DNA of 39,196 bases from a virus (lineage: Duplodnaviria > Caudoviricetes). The notes under the pieces were generated by a model, which saw nothing but the letters and a program-made list of their open reading frames with translations, was not told the DNA's origin and made no database searches. This document shows, piece after piece, positions 8,712-17,339 of the stretch. The stretch spans positions 1 through 39,196 of IMG/VR virus record IMGVR_UViG_3300028585_000045. One strand, written 5' to 3'. How positions within the stretch are numbered: position 1 is the first letter of the stretch; every line of letters begins with the position of its first letter. The position numbers and the translations under genes were made by a program.

Positions 8712-10153
8712 TGGCCGACGTGTCTGGTTTCGCCGTCCAGATTCTCAACGGCCTGTTCGACCCTTCACCCGCAGAATCCATCTTCCGCGTTAAGAACGCA
8801 GTGGCCAAGGAACTCTCCGCGCTCGACGCCACCGCCAAGATTCGATCCACGAACCACTTCAATCACACTTTTGCGCCAGACTTTGTGATGACCTGGCCCG
8901 ATGAAACGAGCCGGCGCGTCTACCTGCGGTTGACGTACGACCTTGACGCACTAGTTGATGATGTAGCACTCATAGACAGCAATGACCCCCTCATCTTTGG
9001 CCTCACAAGCCCGGAGTCAGAGGAGGCGCAGCCCGCAATTGATGAGGCAATAGCGGACACAAATGCCATGTTTACTGAGCCCTCGGCACTCGAGCGTCTG
9101 ATTGATCGGAAGCAATCCGACGCGACCGCCAACATGCTGAGCAATGCCTTGGCGCAAGGCGGGCGCGGCACGTTTGTGGCAGACCAAGCTGTGGAACTCG
9201 CAGACGTCGTGGCTCGCGGCTTCGACGCTGCGGCGAAGGTTGAGTTTGAACCCACCGCAGATGCGGTCGAACTGCTCAGCAACCGCCTAGATGGAACTCA
9301 GGCGTGGCGTCTGAATCGCGTTCTGCAAGCCGTGTGGGAGGGCAGCAACGGCTCGTTGTCCCAATTCCCGGGCGGGGCCGACACCTCGGGACGTCTCAAC
9401 TCCGAATCGCTGAGTTACCTAGTCAAATACATGCAGACCGACGACATGGGCTTCTGGAAACGCGTCGGCCGTGGTCTGCGACTTTCCGATCTAGAGTCCC
9501 TGGACTTCGACACGGATTTCGAGAATGTCCAGCATCTAATCGGAGCGAATCTAGACGTAATTGCAGCGCGAGCCGTGGTTGTGAAAAGTGATCCGCTTGG
9601 GCTTGACCCAGCCGTTGAGGGCGAGCTGTTCCATTGGAAGCGTCGCGGCCGTCACGTTAGCTTCGAAGCCCCGAATCTGTTTGCGATCCTGGGGAGTGCG
9701 AAAAAGGACCTGGACGATGTGGACAGAGACAAGGCCAAGGCAGTTTCGGTCGAACGGTTCATTGAACGTTCACAAGACTTCGACCTTCTGGAGGTCAGCC
9801 TTCACTCTGGCCCGGAGCAGATCAGTGCAAAAATTGACGAAGGAGTCATCAGCGTCGAGAGACTGCGCGGGCTGTCCGCCACGTTCGAGGATGCCGGCGA
9901 GGTTGCGCAAGCCATCGTAGCGACGTCGTCTGGTCGCGTGAATGTCGCGCTTGCAGAGCGCGCGGGTACGGGCGTGACACGTAGCAACATTCTTCTCGCT
10001 GACCTCGTGGCAACCACGGTCTGCCTCGTTGAGGATCTCGCTGCCGAACATCGTGATCCCCTGATGAAGTTTTTGGCTTACGAGAAAGACGACAGCCAGA
10101 CACCTCTTGATTTGAGTGTTCTTGCTCAGGAGGACGCGGACGACAGCGTCTGA
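8711..10153 (+). CDS. 480-aa hypothetical protein coupled to the nuclease
   Basis: TGATG stop/start overlap; long clean ORF; APDFVMTW...RRVYLR resembles a degenerate PD-(D/E)xK core. Confidence 0.75.
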   Translation: MADVSGFAVQILNGLFDPSPAESIFRVKNAVAKELSALDATAKIRSTNHFNHTFAPDFVMTWPDETSRRVYLRLTYDLDALVDDVALIDSNDPLIFGLTSPESEEAQPAIDEAIADTNAMFTEPSALERLIDRKQSDATANMLSNALAQGGRGTFVADQAVELADVVARGFDAAAKVEFEPTADAVELLSNRLDGTQAWRLNRVLQAVWEGSNGSLSQFPGGADTSGRLNSESLSYLVKYMQTDDMGFWKRVGRGLRLSDLESLDFDTDFENVQHLIGANLDVIAARAVVVKSDPLGLDPAVEGELFHWKRRGRHVSFEAPNLFAILGSAKKDLDDVDRDKAKAVSVERFIERSQDFDLLEVSLHSGPEQISAKIDEGVISVERLRGLSATFEDAGEVAQAIVATSSGRVNVALAERAGTGVTRSNILLADLVATTVCLVEDLAAEHRDPLMKFLAYEKDDSQTPLDLSVLAQEDADDSV

Positions 10154-10191
10154 GCAAACCTCTAACGAACCAGAGCCGACAGTCACACTTC

Positions 10192-10225
10192 ACGAAAGGC
10201 CTCCACTTCAGCGGGGGCCTTTCGT
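10192..10225 (+). terminator. Hairpin terminator closing the accessory cassette
   Basis: ACGAAAGGCCTCC-N8-GGGGGCCTTTCGT. Confidence 0.7.
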
Positions 10226-10358
10226 CGTAAGCCGGCAGGTCGCGATACCTGCTGTCGAGGGGCACGGGTTGGTCCCCTTCTTGAAACGCGCTGCACGTTG
10301 AGACCCCGCACGCAGCCCAGAGCCTGACTGGACAACAGGTCACACTTCGGAGGCGCGC

Positions 10359-10559
10359 ATGCAGCAATGGTGCTCATGCGGTGCAGCCATACGCAGCCTC
10401 AGCCCACGACGCGTACGACAGTGGGCAGACAACCACCGCCACGAACCACAACAAGCACCCGAACCCGAAAAGCAAGGCTCATTCGCACAAGCCGAACTCA
10501 GCCACCAAGACGACTACGCCGACTACGACATGCGCCTTGGGTTCCAAGCCAACCCCTAA
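10359..10559 (+). CDS. Small phage protein with possible Zn ligands
   Basis: GGAGG RBS; WCSCG...WADNHRH. Confidence 0.6.
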   Translation: MQQWCSCGAAIRSLSPRRVRQWADNHRHEPQQAPEPEKQGSFAQAELSHQDDYADYDMRLGFQANP

Positions 10560-10927
10560 CACTTCCGATCCAAGGGCCGACACGCACCTACACAGCGTGA
10601 CCCTGCTCAACCTCAGCACAGCTCGAGGCAGCGGGAGAGTCGCGACCAATTATCAACCGCGGCGTATGGATCGGAACACCCTCAACAGGACGGGCAGCGG
10701 CATGATCGACGACAACGGAGTCAAGATCATTGCCGACGTAACCGACTACCTGACCGCCTGCGAGACAGCCAAGGAAGCATGGACCGGGCCGCATGACTGG
10801 GACTGACCACAACTGGCGGTGCCGACTCTGCGGGACTGCATACGTTGTGCCCTCACTGCTCGCTGATCATGTGGCACAACACGAGCTATACGGCATCAAA
10901 ACGGACTAACCAACCGGGGGGTTGAAC

Positions 10928-11236
10928 ATGGACACATACACCATCAACGCGGATCAAGTCGGGGTCTACGAAATCCCACTCACAGCCGGGAACGTCACCG
11001 CCGTAACCATAGCCAACAGGTACGGTTCACTCGTCAACCGTGCCCAAGTCGGCGTCCATGACGCCTCCATGCCCGTCTACGCACGACTCGGTAACACCGT
11101 CACAGTCAAAGACCCCAAGTCGCAAGTCGTCGCACCCGGTACCTGGCTTGAGATCCCAACAGGGCAGACAGGCACAACCACCACCATCGCACTCATCAGC
11201 GCAGCAGACGCCACAGTAAGCGTCGCACGCGCATGA
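10928..11236 (+). CDS. Beta-rich hypothetical protein, possibly virion-associated
   Basis: G-rich RBS; Thr/Val-rich sequence; ATGA-coupled to the next gene. Confidence 0.65.
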   Translation: MDTYTINADQVGVYEIPLTAGNVTAVTIANRYGSLVNRAQVGVHDASMPVYARLGNTVTVKDPKSQVVAPGTWLEIPTGQTGTTTTIALISAADATVSVARA

Positions 11237-11721
11237 ACCGCGGACTCTTCGGCATCGTCGATGGGGCGCTCAAAGCCGCCGTCAGCACCGCCCAGGCCAC
11301 AGCAGACAACGCCCGCCAGATGGTCCTCAACCGCGACCCCAGGCTCGCATCACTCGACGCCGCACTTGCTGCCGGCGACACGGTGCACGCCGCCATCAAC
11401 AAGCGCATCGACGATCTGCCCAAGCCGTCCACCAGCAGCGTGCAGATCGAATACCGCGATGGTGTCGCAGTGCCCGCCGTCGTCTCGCTGCTTGGCCTCA
11501 GTGCCACAGCCGACGTCACCCTCACCTGGCCCAACGCGTTCGCCGACACGGCATACGTCGTCACACCCCAAGTCAGCACTGCAGTTGCAGGGCTACTTGG
11601 CAAGACAGGTGCGACAGTCAAAAGCAAGACCGCCACCGGGTGCGTCATCACAGTCACGACAACCGCCTTGATCGCAGCAGGACAGGCCACATTGTCTGCG
11701 GTTGCCTATCGCAAAGGGTGA
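11233..11721 (+). CDS. Coiled-coil plus beta-sandwich, fibre-like protein
   Basis: Helical N-half; C-half VTLTWPNAFADTAYVVTP resembles fibre-tip domains. Confidence 0.6.
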   Translation: MNRGLFGIVDGALKAAVSTAQATADNARQMVLNRDPRLASLDAALAAGDTVHAAINKRIDDLPKPSTSSVQIEYRDGVAVPAVVSLLGLSATADVTLTWPNAFADTAYVVTPQVSTAVAGLLGKTGATVKSKTATGCVITVTTTALIAAGQATLSAVAYRKG

Positions 11722-11723
11722 GC

Positions 11724-12008
11724 ATGGGGAACATCCCACGCAACAGTGCACAGCGAGACCGCGACCGTGCACGCATCCGAGCTACTAAAGCCGGGTGCTG
11801 GATATGTGGGCAAGCGGTGGACTACACGCTGCCGCACACAGACCCAATGTCATTTGTCGTCGATCATGTGATCCCCTTAGCGAAGGGAGGACAAGATGCG
11901 CTCGCCAACAAGAAGGCAGCGCATCGAAGACAATCACGTGAGTGCAACTCGAAGAAGAGGGCGCGAATTATTGCGCCAATCGTGAAGAGAAGCGGCGCAT
12001 TAAAGTAG
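11724..12008 (+). CDS. Packaging-associated HNH endonuclease
   Basis: CWICG...VDHVIPLAKGG...N...AH...CNSKK, upstream of the terminase. Confidence 0.85.
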   Translation: MGNIPRNSAQRDRDRARIRATKAGCWICGQAVDYTLPHTDPMSFVVDHVIPLAKGGQDALANKKAAHRRQSRECNSKKRARIIAPIVKRSGALK

Positions 12009-12086
12009 AATAAGAACGGCCCCAAACCAAGAGTTACAGCTCTTGCCGGGGCCTGACCGAACACCTTGACTAGAAGGGCTCCGGCT

Positions 12087-12803
12087 ATGAATGACCGTAC
12101 CTGCAACCGATGCAAACTGCCACTCAACAGTGGGCAGAAGAAGTACTGCTCCCACCTGTGCGCCAACCGCGACACGATGGAAGTCAAGTCACGTGCGTCT
12201 CAGGCAGTCGAGTGGGCAACCTGCTCTGTCGATAGCTGCACCAAGCCATCACGTGCACGCACAGCCAGTCTGTGCAAGATGCACTACCACCGTCTCTACC
12301 GATACGGCACGCTCGAGCGGACCACGACCTTGGTCAAGCGGGGCGAGCGCGAACCAGCGACCAGCCCAGCCAACATCCTCGGCCAGAGGTACGGCACCCT
12401 GGTCGTAGCCGAGCGGGTAGGTAACTCATGGCTGTGTATCTGCGACTGCGGAGAACAGCGCATCACGCGAACAGGTGACCTCAACCGCACAGGTGAGAGC
12501 AACACCTGCGGCAAGCCGGGCATGCACCTCGCACTCATCGTTGAGTACGGTGCGGCACACGAACGCGTCGAACGTAAACACGGACGAGCAAGCACACACG
12601 CCTGCATCGACTGCGGTAAGCGCGCCTACCACTGGTCCTACGATCACCAAGATCAGGACGAACTGATCAGCCAGGCTACCTACTCAGCCGGCATCGCATA
12701 CAGCCTCAAGACTGAACACTACGAGGCAAGGTGTGTGGCATGTCACAAGGCGTTCGACCTGACGCATATCAATGCGACTCGATTCGCTGAGTTCGTCAAC
12801 TAA
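12087..12803 (+). CDS. Multi-Zn-finger, HNH-like free-standing endonuclease
   Basis: CNRC...YCSHLC; CSVDSC...LCKMHY; GQRYGTLVV...WLCICDCG; CIDCG...WSYDH...CVACHKAFD. Confidence 0.7.
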   Translation: MNDRTCNRCKLPLNSGQKKYCSHLCANRDTMEVKSRASQAVEWATCSVDSCTKPSRARTASLCKMHYHRLYRYGTLERTTTLVKRGEREPATSPANILGQRYGTLVVAERVGNSWLCICDCGEQRITRTGDLNRTGESNTCGKPGMHLALIVEYGAAHERVERKHGRASTHACIDCGKRAYHWSYDHQDQDELISQATYSAGIAYSLKTEHYEARCVACHKAFDLTHINATRFAEFVN

Positions 12804-12901
12804 GCCGACCAGGGGGGATGGCCCCCTCCAACGTAGCCGCCAGACCCTCCGGGGTTAGGCGATGTACATTTTGGGCTGTTTTTCCACAGGGGGTGATTGC
12901 G

Positions 12902-13213
12902 TTGGCCGCTCGTAAGAACCCTCTCCGCGCTGTTACTGACGCCGATATGCCAGATAAGCCGCCCAAGGTGAAGTCGATCACTGAGGCTGCAGAGGATGGA
13001 GACACCCTCTCCGAGCTGAAAGCGATGCGTGTTCTGAATGCGCAGATGATGTCGAATCCGAACATTCAGGGCCGGGACTTTGCGGCCCTTTCGCGGAGGC
13101 ATCTCGAGATCGGTCGGGAGATTGATTCGCTGGTTTTGAAGGCGAAACAGGAGGCGGCTGAGGATGGCGTCACCGGAACTCCTGACGAAGAGTGGGACGA
13201 GGAAGCTATCTGA
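12902..13213 (+). CDS. terS: Terminase small subunit
   Basis: TTG start after GGGGGTG; overlaps terL; acidic C-terminal tail. Confidence 0.7.
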   Translation: MAARKNPLRAVTDADMPDKPPKVKSITEAAEDGDTLSELKAMRVLNAQMMSNPNIQGRDFAALSRRHLEIGREIDSLVLKAKQEAAEDGVTGTPDEEWDEEAI

Positions 13214-14642
13214 GGTTGCTCGGCACGTGATTTTGCCTTCGGGGATTACCTCGAGCGGCTGGCCTGATGTGCGTGACCGTGCGAAGGAGATGGGCCTAGC
13301 TTTCGACGACTGGCAGGTTGGTGTTTGCCGGGCGATCCTGGCGAAGCGATCTGATGGCAAGTACGCGGCCACTGTTGGCGGCGTGGCGATGTCGATCAGC
13401 CGGCAGACGGGCAAGACGTACACGCTTGGTGCAGTCTCGTTTGCCCTCTGCCTCGGCAACCCGAATACGACAGTCCTGTGGACTGCTCACCGGCTGAAAA
13501 CGGCCAAAGAGACTTTCAAGTCCATGCAGGGTATGGCTCGCCGGCGCAAGATCGCGCCCAACATCGAGCAGGTCTTCACGGCCTCTGGTTCGGAAGAGAT
13601 CGTCTTCCGCAACGGGTCACGGATCATGTTCGGCGCTCGGGAGACCGGATTCGGTCGAGGTTTTGCCAAGGTCGACATCGAGGTGTTCGACGAGGCTCAG
13701 ATTCTCACTGAGCGCGCCTTGGACGACATGCTGCCCGCGATGAACGCTTCGCCTAACGCTTTGGCGATCTTCACGGGGACTCCCCCGCGGCCAATCGATC
13801 CTGGCGAGGTTTTCAGCCGGATGCGGCTAGAGGCTATTCAGACCGGATCGGGCAATGGTGACGGCCTCTACATCGAGTTCAGTGCCGATAAGGATGCCGC
13901 TCCTGACGACCTCGAGCAGCAGGCTAAAGCGAACCCATCGTTCCCTCACCGGACGCCCATTGAGGCTATCCAGCGGATGCGAAAGAACCTTGCGGAGGAC
14001 TCGTTCCTCCGCGAGGCGATGGGCATATGGGATGCTGACTCGAATCACCGGGTCATCTCCGAAGACGACTGGGACAAGGCTGCTGACCCCGCTTCCATGC
14101 CTGTGGATCGCCTGACGCTTGCCGCTGATGTCCCTCCCGACCGCTCAGTAGCCGCTGTGGCACTTGCTGGTCTGCGCCCTGATGGTCGCTGGCACGTCGA
14201 GTACGACGAGCAGCGCAAGGGCGTCGATTGGGTGGTGCCGTGGATTGTGGAGCGGGCCTCGAAGAACAAGCTGCACTCGATCGTGGTCGACGAGATGACT
14301 GGCCTGGTCGAAAAGCGGCGGGATCGCAACTACTTGCTCGGGACTGACCTTCTCGTGACTCTTGCTGGCGCGGAAGGACGAGACATGGCGATCGCTTGTG
14401 CGAAGTTCTACGACGGTGTCTTGGACGGGTCGGTCAAGCATCCTGATCAGCCTCAGGCCAACGTTTCGGTCTCTGTCGCCCGTAAGCGACCCCTGCAGGG
14501 CGGTTGGGCTTGGAACCGGAAAGACGCGGCGTCGGACATCTCAATCACCGTGGCTGAAACTCTCGCTCTCTGGGGCGCTCAGAACGACAACGTGCAGCGC
14601 CCAACTAAGCGCACTGGATCTAGGACGGCGGTGGTGCTTTGA
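13164..14642 (+). CDS. terL: Terminase large subunit
   Basis: DDWQ Q-motif, Walker A SRQTGKT, Walker B VFDEAQ, GTPP coupling motif, ANPS, C-terminal nuclease domain. Confidence 0.93.
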   Translation: MASPELLTKSGTRKLSEVARHVILPSGITSSGWPDVRDRAKEMGLAFDDWQVGVCRAILAKRSDGKYAATVGGVAMSISRQTGKTYTLGAVSFALCLGNPNTTVLWTAHRLKTAKETFKSMQGMARRRKIAPNIEQVFTASGSEEIVFRNGSRIMFGARETGFGRGFAKVDIEVFDEAQILTERALDDMLPAMNASPNALAIFTGTPPRPIDPGEVFSRMRLEAIQTGSGNGDGLYIEFSADKDAAPDDLEQQAKANPSFPHRTPIEAIQRMRKNLAEDSFLREAMGIWDADSNHRVISEDDWDKAADPASMPVDRLTLAADVPPDRSVAAVALAGLRPDGRWHVEYDEQRKGVDWVVPWIVERASKNKLHSIVVDEMTGLVEKRRDRNYLLGTDLLVTLAGAEGRDMAIACAKFYDGVLDGSVKHPDQPQANVSVSVARKRPLQGGWAWNRKDAASDISITVAETLALWGAQNDNVQRPTKRTGSRTAVVL

Positions 14643-16063
14643 GCGACAAGCTGAACGTGCCGCAGCTCAAGGATCTTGAGTCGCGGACTCTGAACCATTT
14701 GGTTGAGCAGCTTGACGAGAAGCGTGAGCGGAACCTGATTAGGTCGAGCTATTACGAGGGTCGTCGTGCTCTCAAGCAGGTTGGCTCTGTTATTCCGCCT
14801 CAGTACGGGAAGCTCGGTCTGGCGCTCGGCTGGTCGGCTAAGGGTGTCGATGGGCTTGCTCGTCGGTGCAATCTTGAGAAGATGATCTGGCCTGGTGGCG
14901 ATCTTGCTGCTCTGGGCATGGACACGCTCGAGGACAGCAACTACCTCAAGTCGGAGATCTCTCAGGGCCGCACAGACTCGCTGCTCCATGGTGTCTCGTA
15001 TCTCATCACGACTCGTGGCGACGAGTCGCTTGGTGAGCCTGCTGCACTGGTCCACGCTCGGGATGCTCTGAATGCCACGGGTGACTGGAATGTGCGTACC
15101 CGCCGTCTGGACAACCTGCTGTCGATCACTTCTCGCAAGGACTCGAACGTCACGGGCTTCGTTCTGTATCTCGATGGCCTGACGATCAGCGCGGAGAAGG
15201 ACGGCAACCGTTGGGCTGTGGACAAGTCTGAGCATGACTTTGGCGTCCCGGTGGATCCGCTGGTGTACCGGCCTCGTTCGTCGAGGCGTATGGGCCGCTC
15301 GAGGATCACCCGCGCGGTGATGTCGACTCAGGATGCAGCTCTTCGTACGCTGGTGCGTCTTGAGGCGCACATGGACATTTACGCGATCCCGAAGATGATG
15401 CTTCTGGGTGCTGATGAGTCGATCTTCAAGAACCCGGACGGGTCGCAGAAAGCGTCGTGGCAGATCGCCCTGGGTCGTGCGTTTGGCATTCCGGATGATG
15501 AAGACGCGACCACGCCGCGGGCCGATGTGAAGCAGTTCGCTGCCGAGTCTCCTGAGCCGCATCTTGCCCAGTTGAACGCACTGGCGAAGCTGATGGCTCG
15601 TGAGACCGACCTGTCGGATGCTGACTTCGCTTTGACGGATATGGCGAATCCGACTGCGGCTGACGCGTACTCAGAGGCTGAGAAGTCGTTGCTGGCTGAG
15701 GCTGAGGGTGCGACTGATGATTGGTCGATTCCGGTTCGTCGAACGGTGACTCGTGCGCTGGCAATTCAGAATGGCCTGTCGTCGATTCCTGATGAGTGGG
15801 CGTCGATTGATGCGAAGTGGCGTGACCCAAAATTCCTTTCGCGGGCGGCTGCTGCTGACGCTGGCGCGAAGCAGATCGCGTCTGTTCCGTGGCTTGCTGA
15901 GACTGAGGTTGGTCTTGAGTTGTTGGGTCTTGACGAGCAGCAGATTAAGCGGGCAATGGCGGACAAGCGTCGTGCGTCTGGTCGGGCAGTGATCGCTGCT
16001 CTGAACCCGGCTCCTGCTGTTGTACCGGCTCCTGCGGTTGCGGCTGATGCCGTCACCGCGTGA
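14639..16063 (+). CDS. Portal protein (SPP1 gp6-like)
   Basis: YYEG, GRSRI and WRDP motifs; follows terL. Confidence 0.9.
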   Translation: MSDKLNVPQLKDLESRTLNHLVEQLDEKRERNLIRSSYYEGRRALKQVGSVIPPQYGKLGLALGWSAKGVDGLARRCNLEKMIWPGGDLAALGMDTLEDSNYLKSEISQGRTDSLLHGVSYLITTRGDESLGEPAALVHARDALNATGDWNVRTRRLDNLLSITSRKDSNVTGFVLYLDGLTISAEKDGNRWAVDKSEHDFGVPVDPLVYRPRSSRRMGRSRITRAVMSTQDAALRTLVRLEAHMDIYAIPKMMLLGADESIFKNPDGSQKASWQIALGRAFGIPDDEDATTPRADVKQFAAESPEPHLAQLNALAKLMARETDLSDADFALTDMANPTAADAYSEAEKSLLAEAEGATDDWSIPVRRTVTRALAIQNGLSSIPDEWASIDAKWRDPKFLSRAAAADAGAKQIASVPWLAETEVGLELLGLDEQQIKRAMADKRRASGRAVIAALNPAPAVVPAPAVAADAVTA

Positions 16064-16739
16064 GTCGCGGGCGGCGCTGCAACTTCTAACGGCTGATGCT
16101 CTTGGGGCGACTGAGGACCTGTTCTCGAGGCTGAACGGGTCTGCTGAGCAGCGCCGGCTGGTGCTGCTTGAGACGGTGCCTGGTCTGATCGATTACTACT
16201 CGGATGGGTCGGCGGCTTTGGCTGCTGATCTGTATGAGGAGGAGCGCGATCAAGCGGGCGTGACGAAGCTGTACGCCGTTGAGCCGGTTGTGGATGATCG
16301 GTTGGTGAAGCAGCGGCGCGGGATCGCGTGGGCTGCTGATCCGCTGTTCTCTGAGACCGATGTGGCTGCAGCGTCCACCTTGGCCTTGTCGCGGCTGGCG
16401 GAGATCGTGCAGCCGGAGGTTGCGCGCCCGTATCGGACAACGATCTTGGCGAACCGTCGTCAGGATCCTGAGGCGGTCGGTTGGCAGCGAATCACAAATG
16501 GTGGGTGCCGGTTCTGCCGGATGCTCGCTGCTCGTGGCGCTGTCTACCGGGAGGCCTCGGTGCGGTTTGCTGCCCACCCAAATTGTCACTGCACAGCGGT
16601 TCCGGTGTTCGTCGGCAACTTCACGGGCGAGGAAGCCTCCACGATTCAGTACGTCGCTTCTCGCCGTTCCCGGTCGCCTGCTCAGAAAGCTGAGCTGCGC
16701 GCGTATCTCGATGAGTTTTACGGGCCTGACCCGCATTGA
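16047..16739 (+). CDS. MuF-like minor head / capsid maturation protein
   Basis: GWQR...CRFCRMLAARGAVY...AHPNCHC. Confidence 0.75.
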   Translation: MPSPRESRAALQLLTADALGATEDLFSRLNGSAEQRRLVLLETVPGLIDYYSDGSAALAADLYEEERDQAGVTKLYAVEPVVDDRLVKQRRGIAWAADPLFSETDVAAASTLALSRLAEIVQPEVARPYRTTILANRRQDPEAVGWQRITNGGCRFCRMLAARGAVYREASVRFAAHPNCHCTAVPVFVGNFTGEEASTIQYVASRRSRSPAQKAELRAYLDEFYGPDPH

Positions 16740-16817
16740 TCTACCCCGATGGGGTGAACGTTACGGCCACGTCTAAGGCCGGTCTGATTGTGCGACGGCA
16801 CGGAAACGGGGTAACCG

Positions 16818-17324
16818 GTGAGTGATGCAACGACGACTGATGCCGCATCTGCTGAGACTGCGGCGGCTGAGGGCGACACTAAGCAGACAGAGGCGCAGAC
16901 AGTTTCTCAGGCTGATGTTGACCGGATTGTGAAGGACCGTGTGGCGCGTGAGCGTGCCAAGTATGCGGACTATGACGATCTCAAGGCGCGGGCTGAGGGT
17001 TCGAAGACGCTCGAGGAGCGTCTTGCGGCCATGGAGACGGAGCTGACGACGACGAAGACGCGGGCGCTCAAGACGAGCATCGCGGCGAAGTTCGGGATCA
17101 GCACGGACCCTGGCCCTAAGGGTGAGCCGTCTGACGCTGACCTGTTTCTGACCGGTTCCGACGCCGACTCTCTCACTGCGCAGGCTCAGCGGCTTGCGGG
17201 GCGGGATGCAGACCGGAAGAAGCAAGGCAATGTCGCGCCCAGGGAGGGTTCGACTACCAGCGAAGGCACTGAGGACGGTGACAAGCGCGAGTTCGCGCGG
17301 TCCCTGTTCGGCAGTGCCGAATAG
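16818..17324 (+). CDS. Scaffolding protein
   Basis: SQADVDRIVKDRVARERAKYADYDDLK coiled coil; directly upstream of the capsid gene. Confidence 0.85.
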   Translation: MSDATTTDAASAETAAAEGDTKQTEAQTVSQADVDRIVKDRVARERAKYADYDDLKARAEGSKTLEERLAAMETELTTTKTRALKTSIAAKFGISTDPGPKGEPSDADLFLTGSDADSLTAQAQRLAGRDADRKKQGNVAPREGSTTSEGTEDGDKREFARSLFGSAE

Positions 17325-17339
17325 ACGAAAGGTTCTCTC

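Noticed and set aside
8103-10153. Classical type II restriction-modification system
   Set aside because: No SAM-binding (FxGxG) or catalytic (DPPY/NPPY/PC) methyltransferase motifs are recognisable in either gene.
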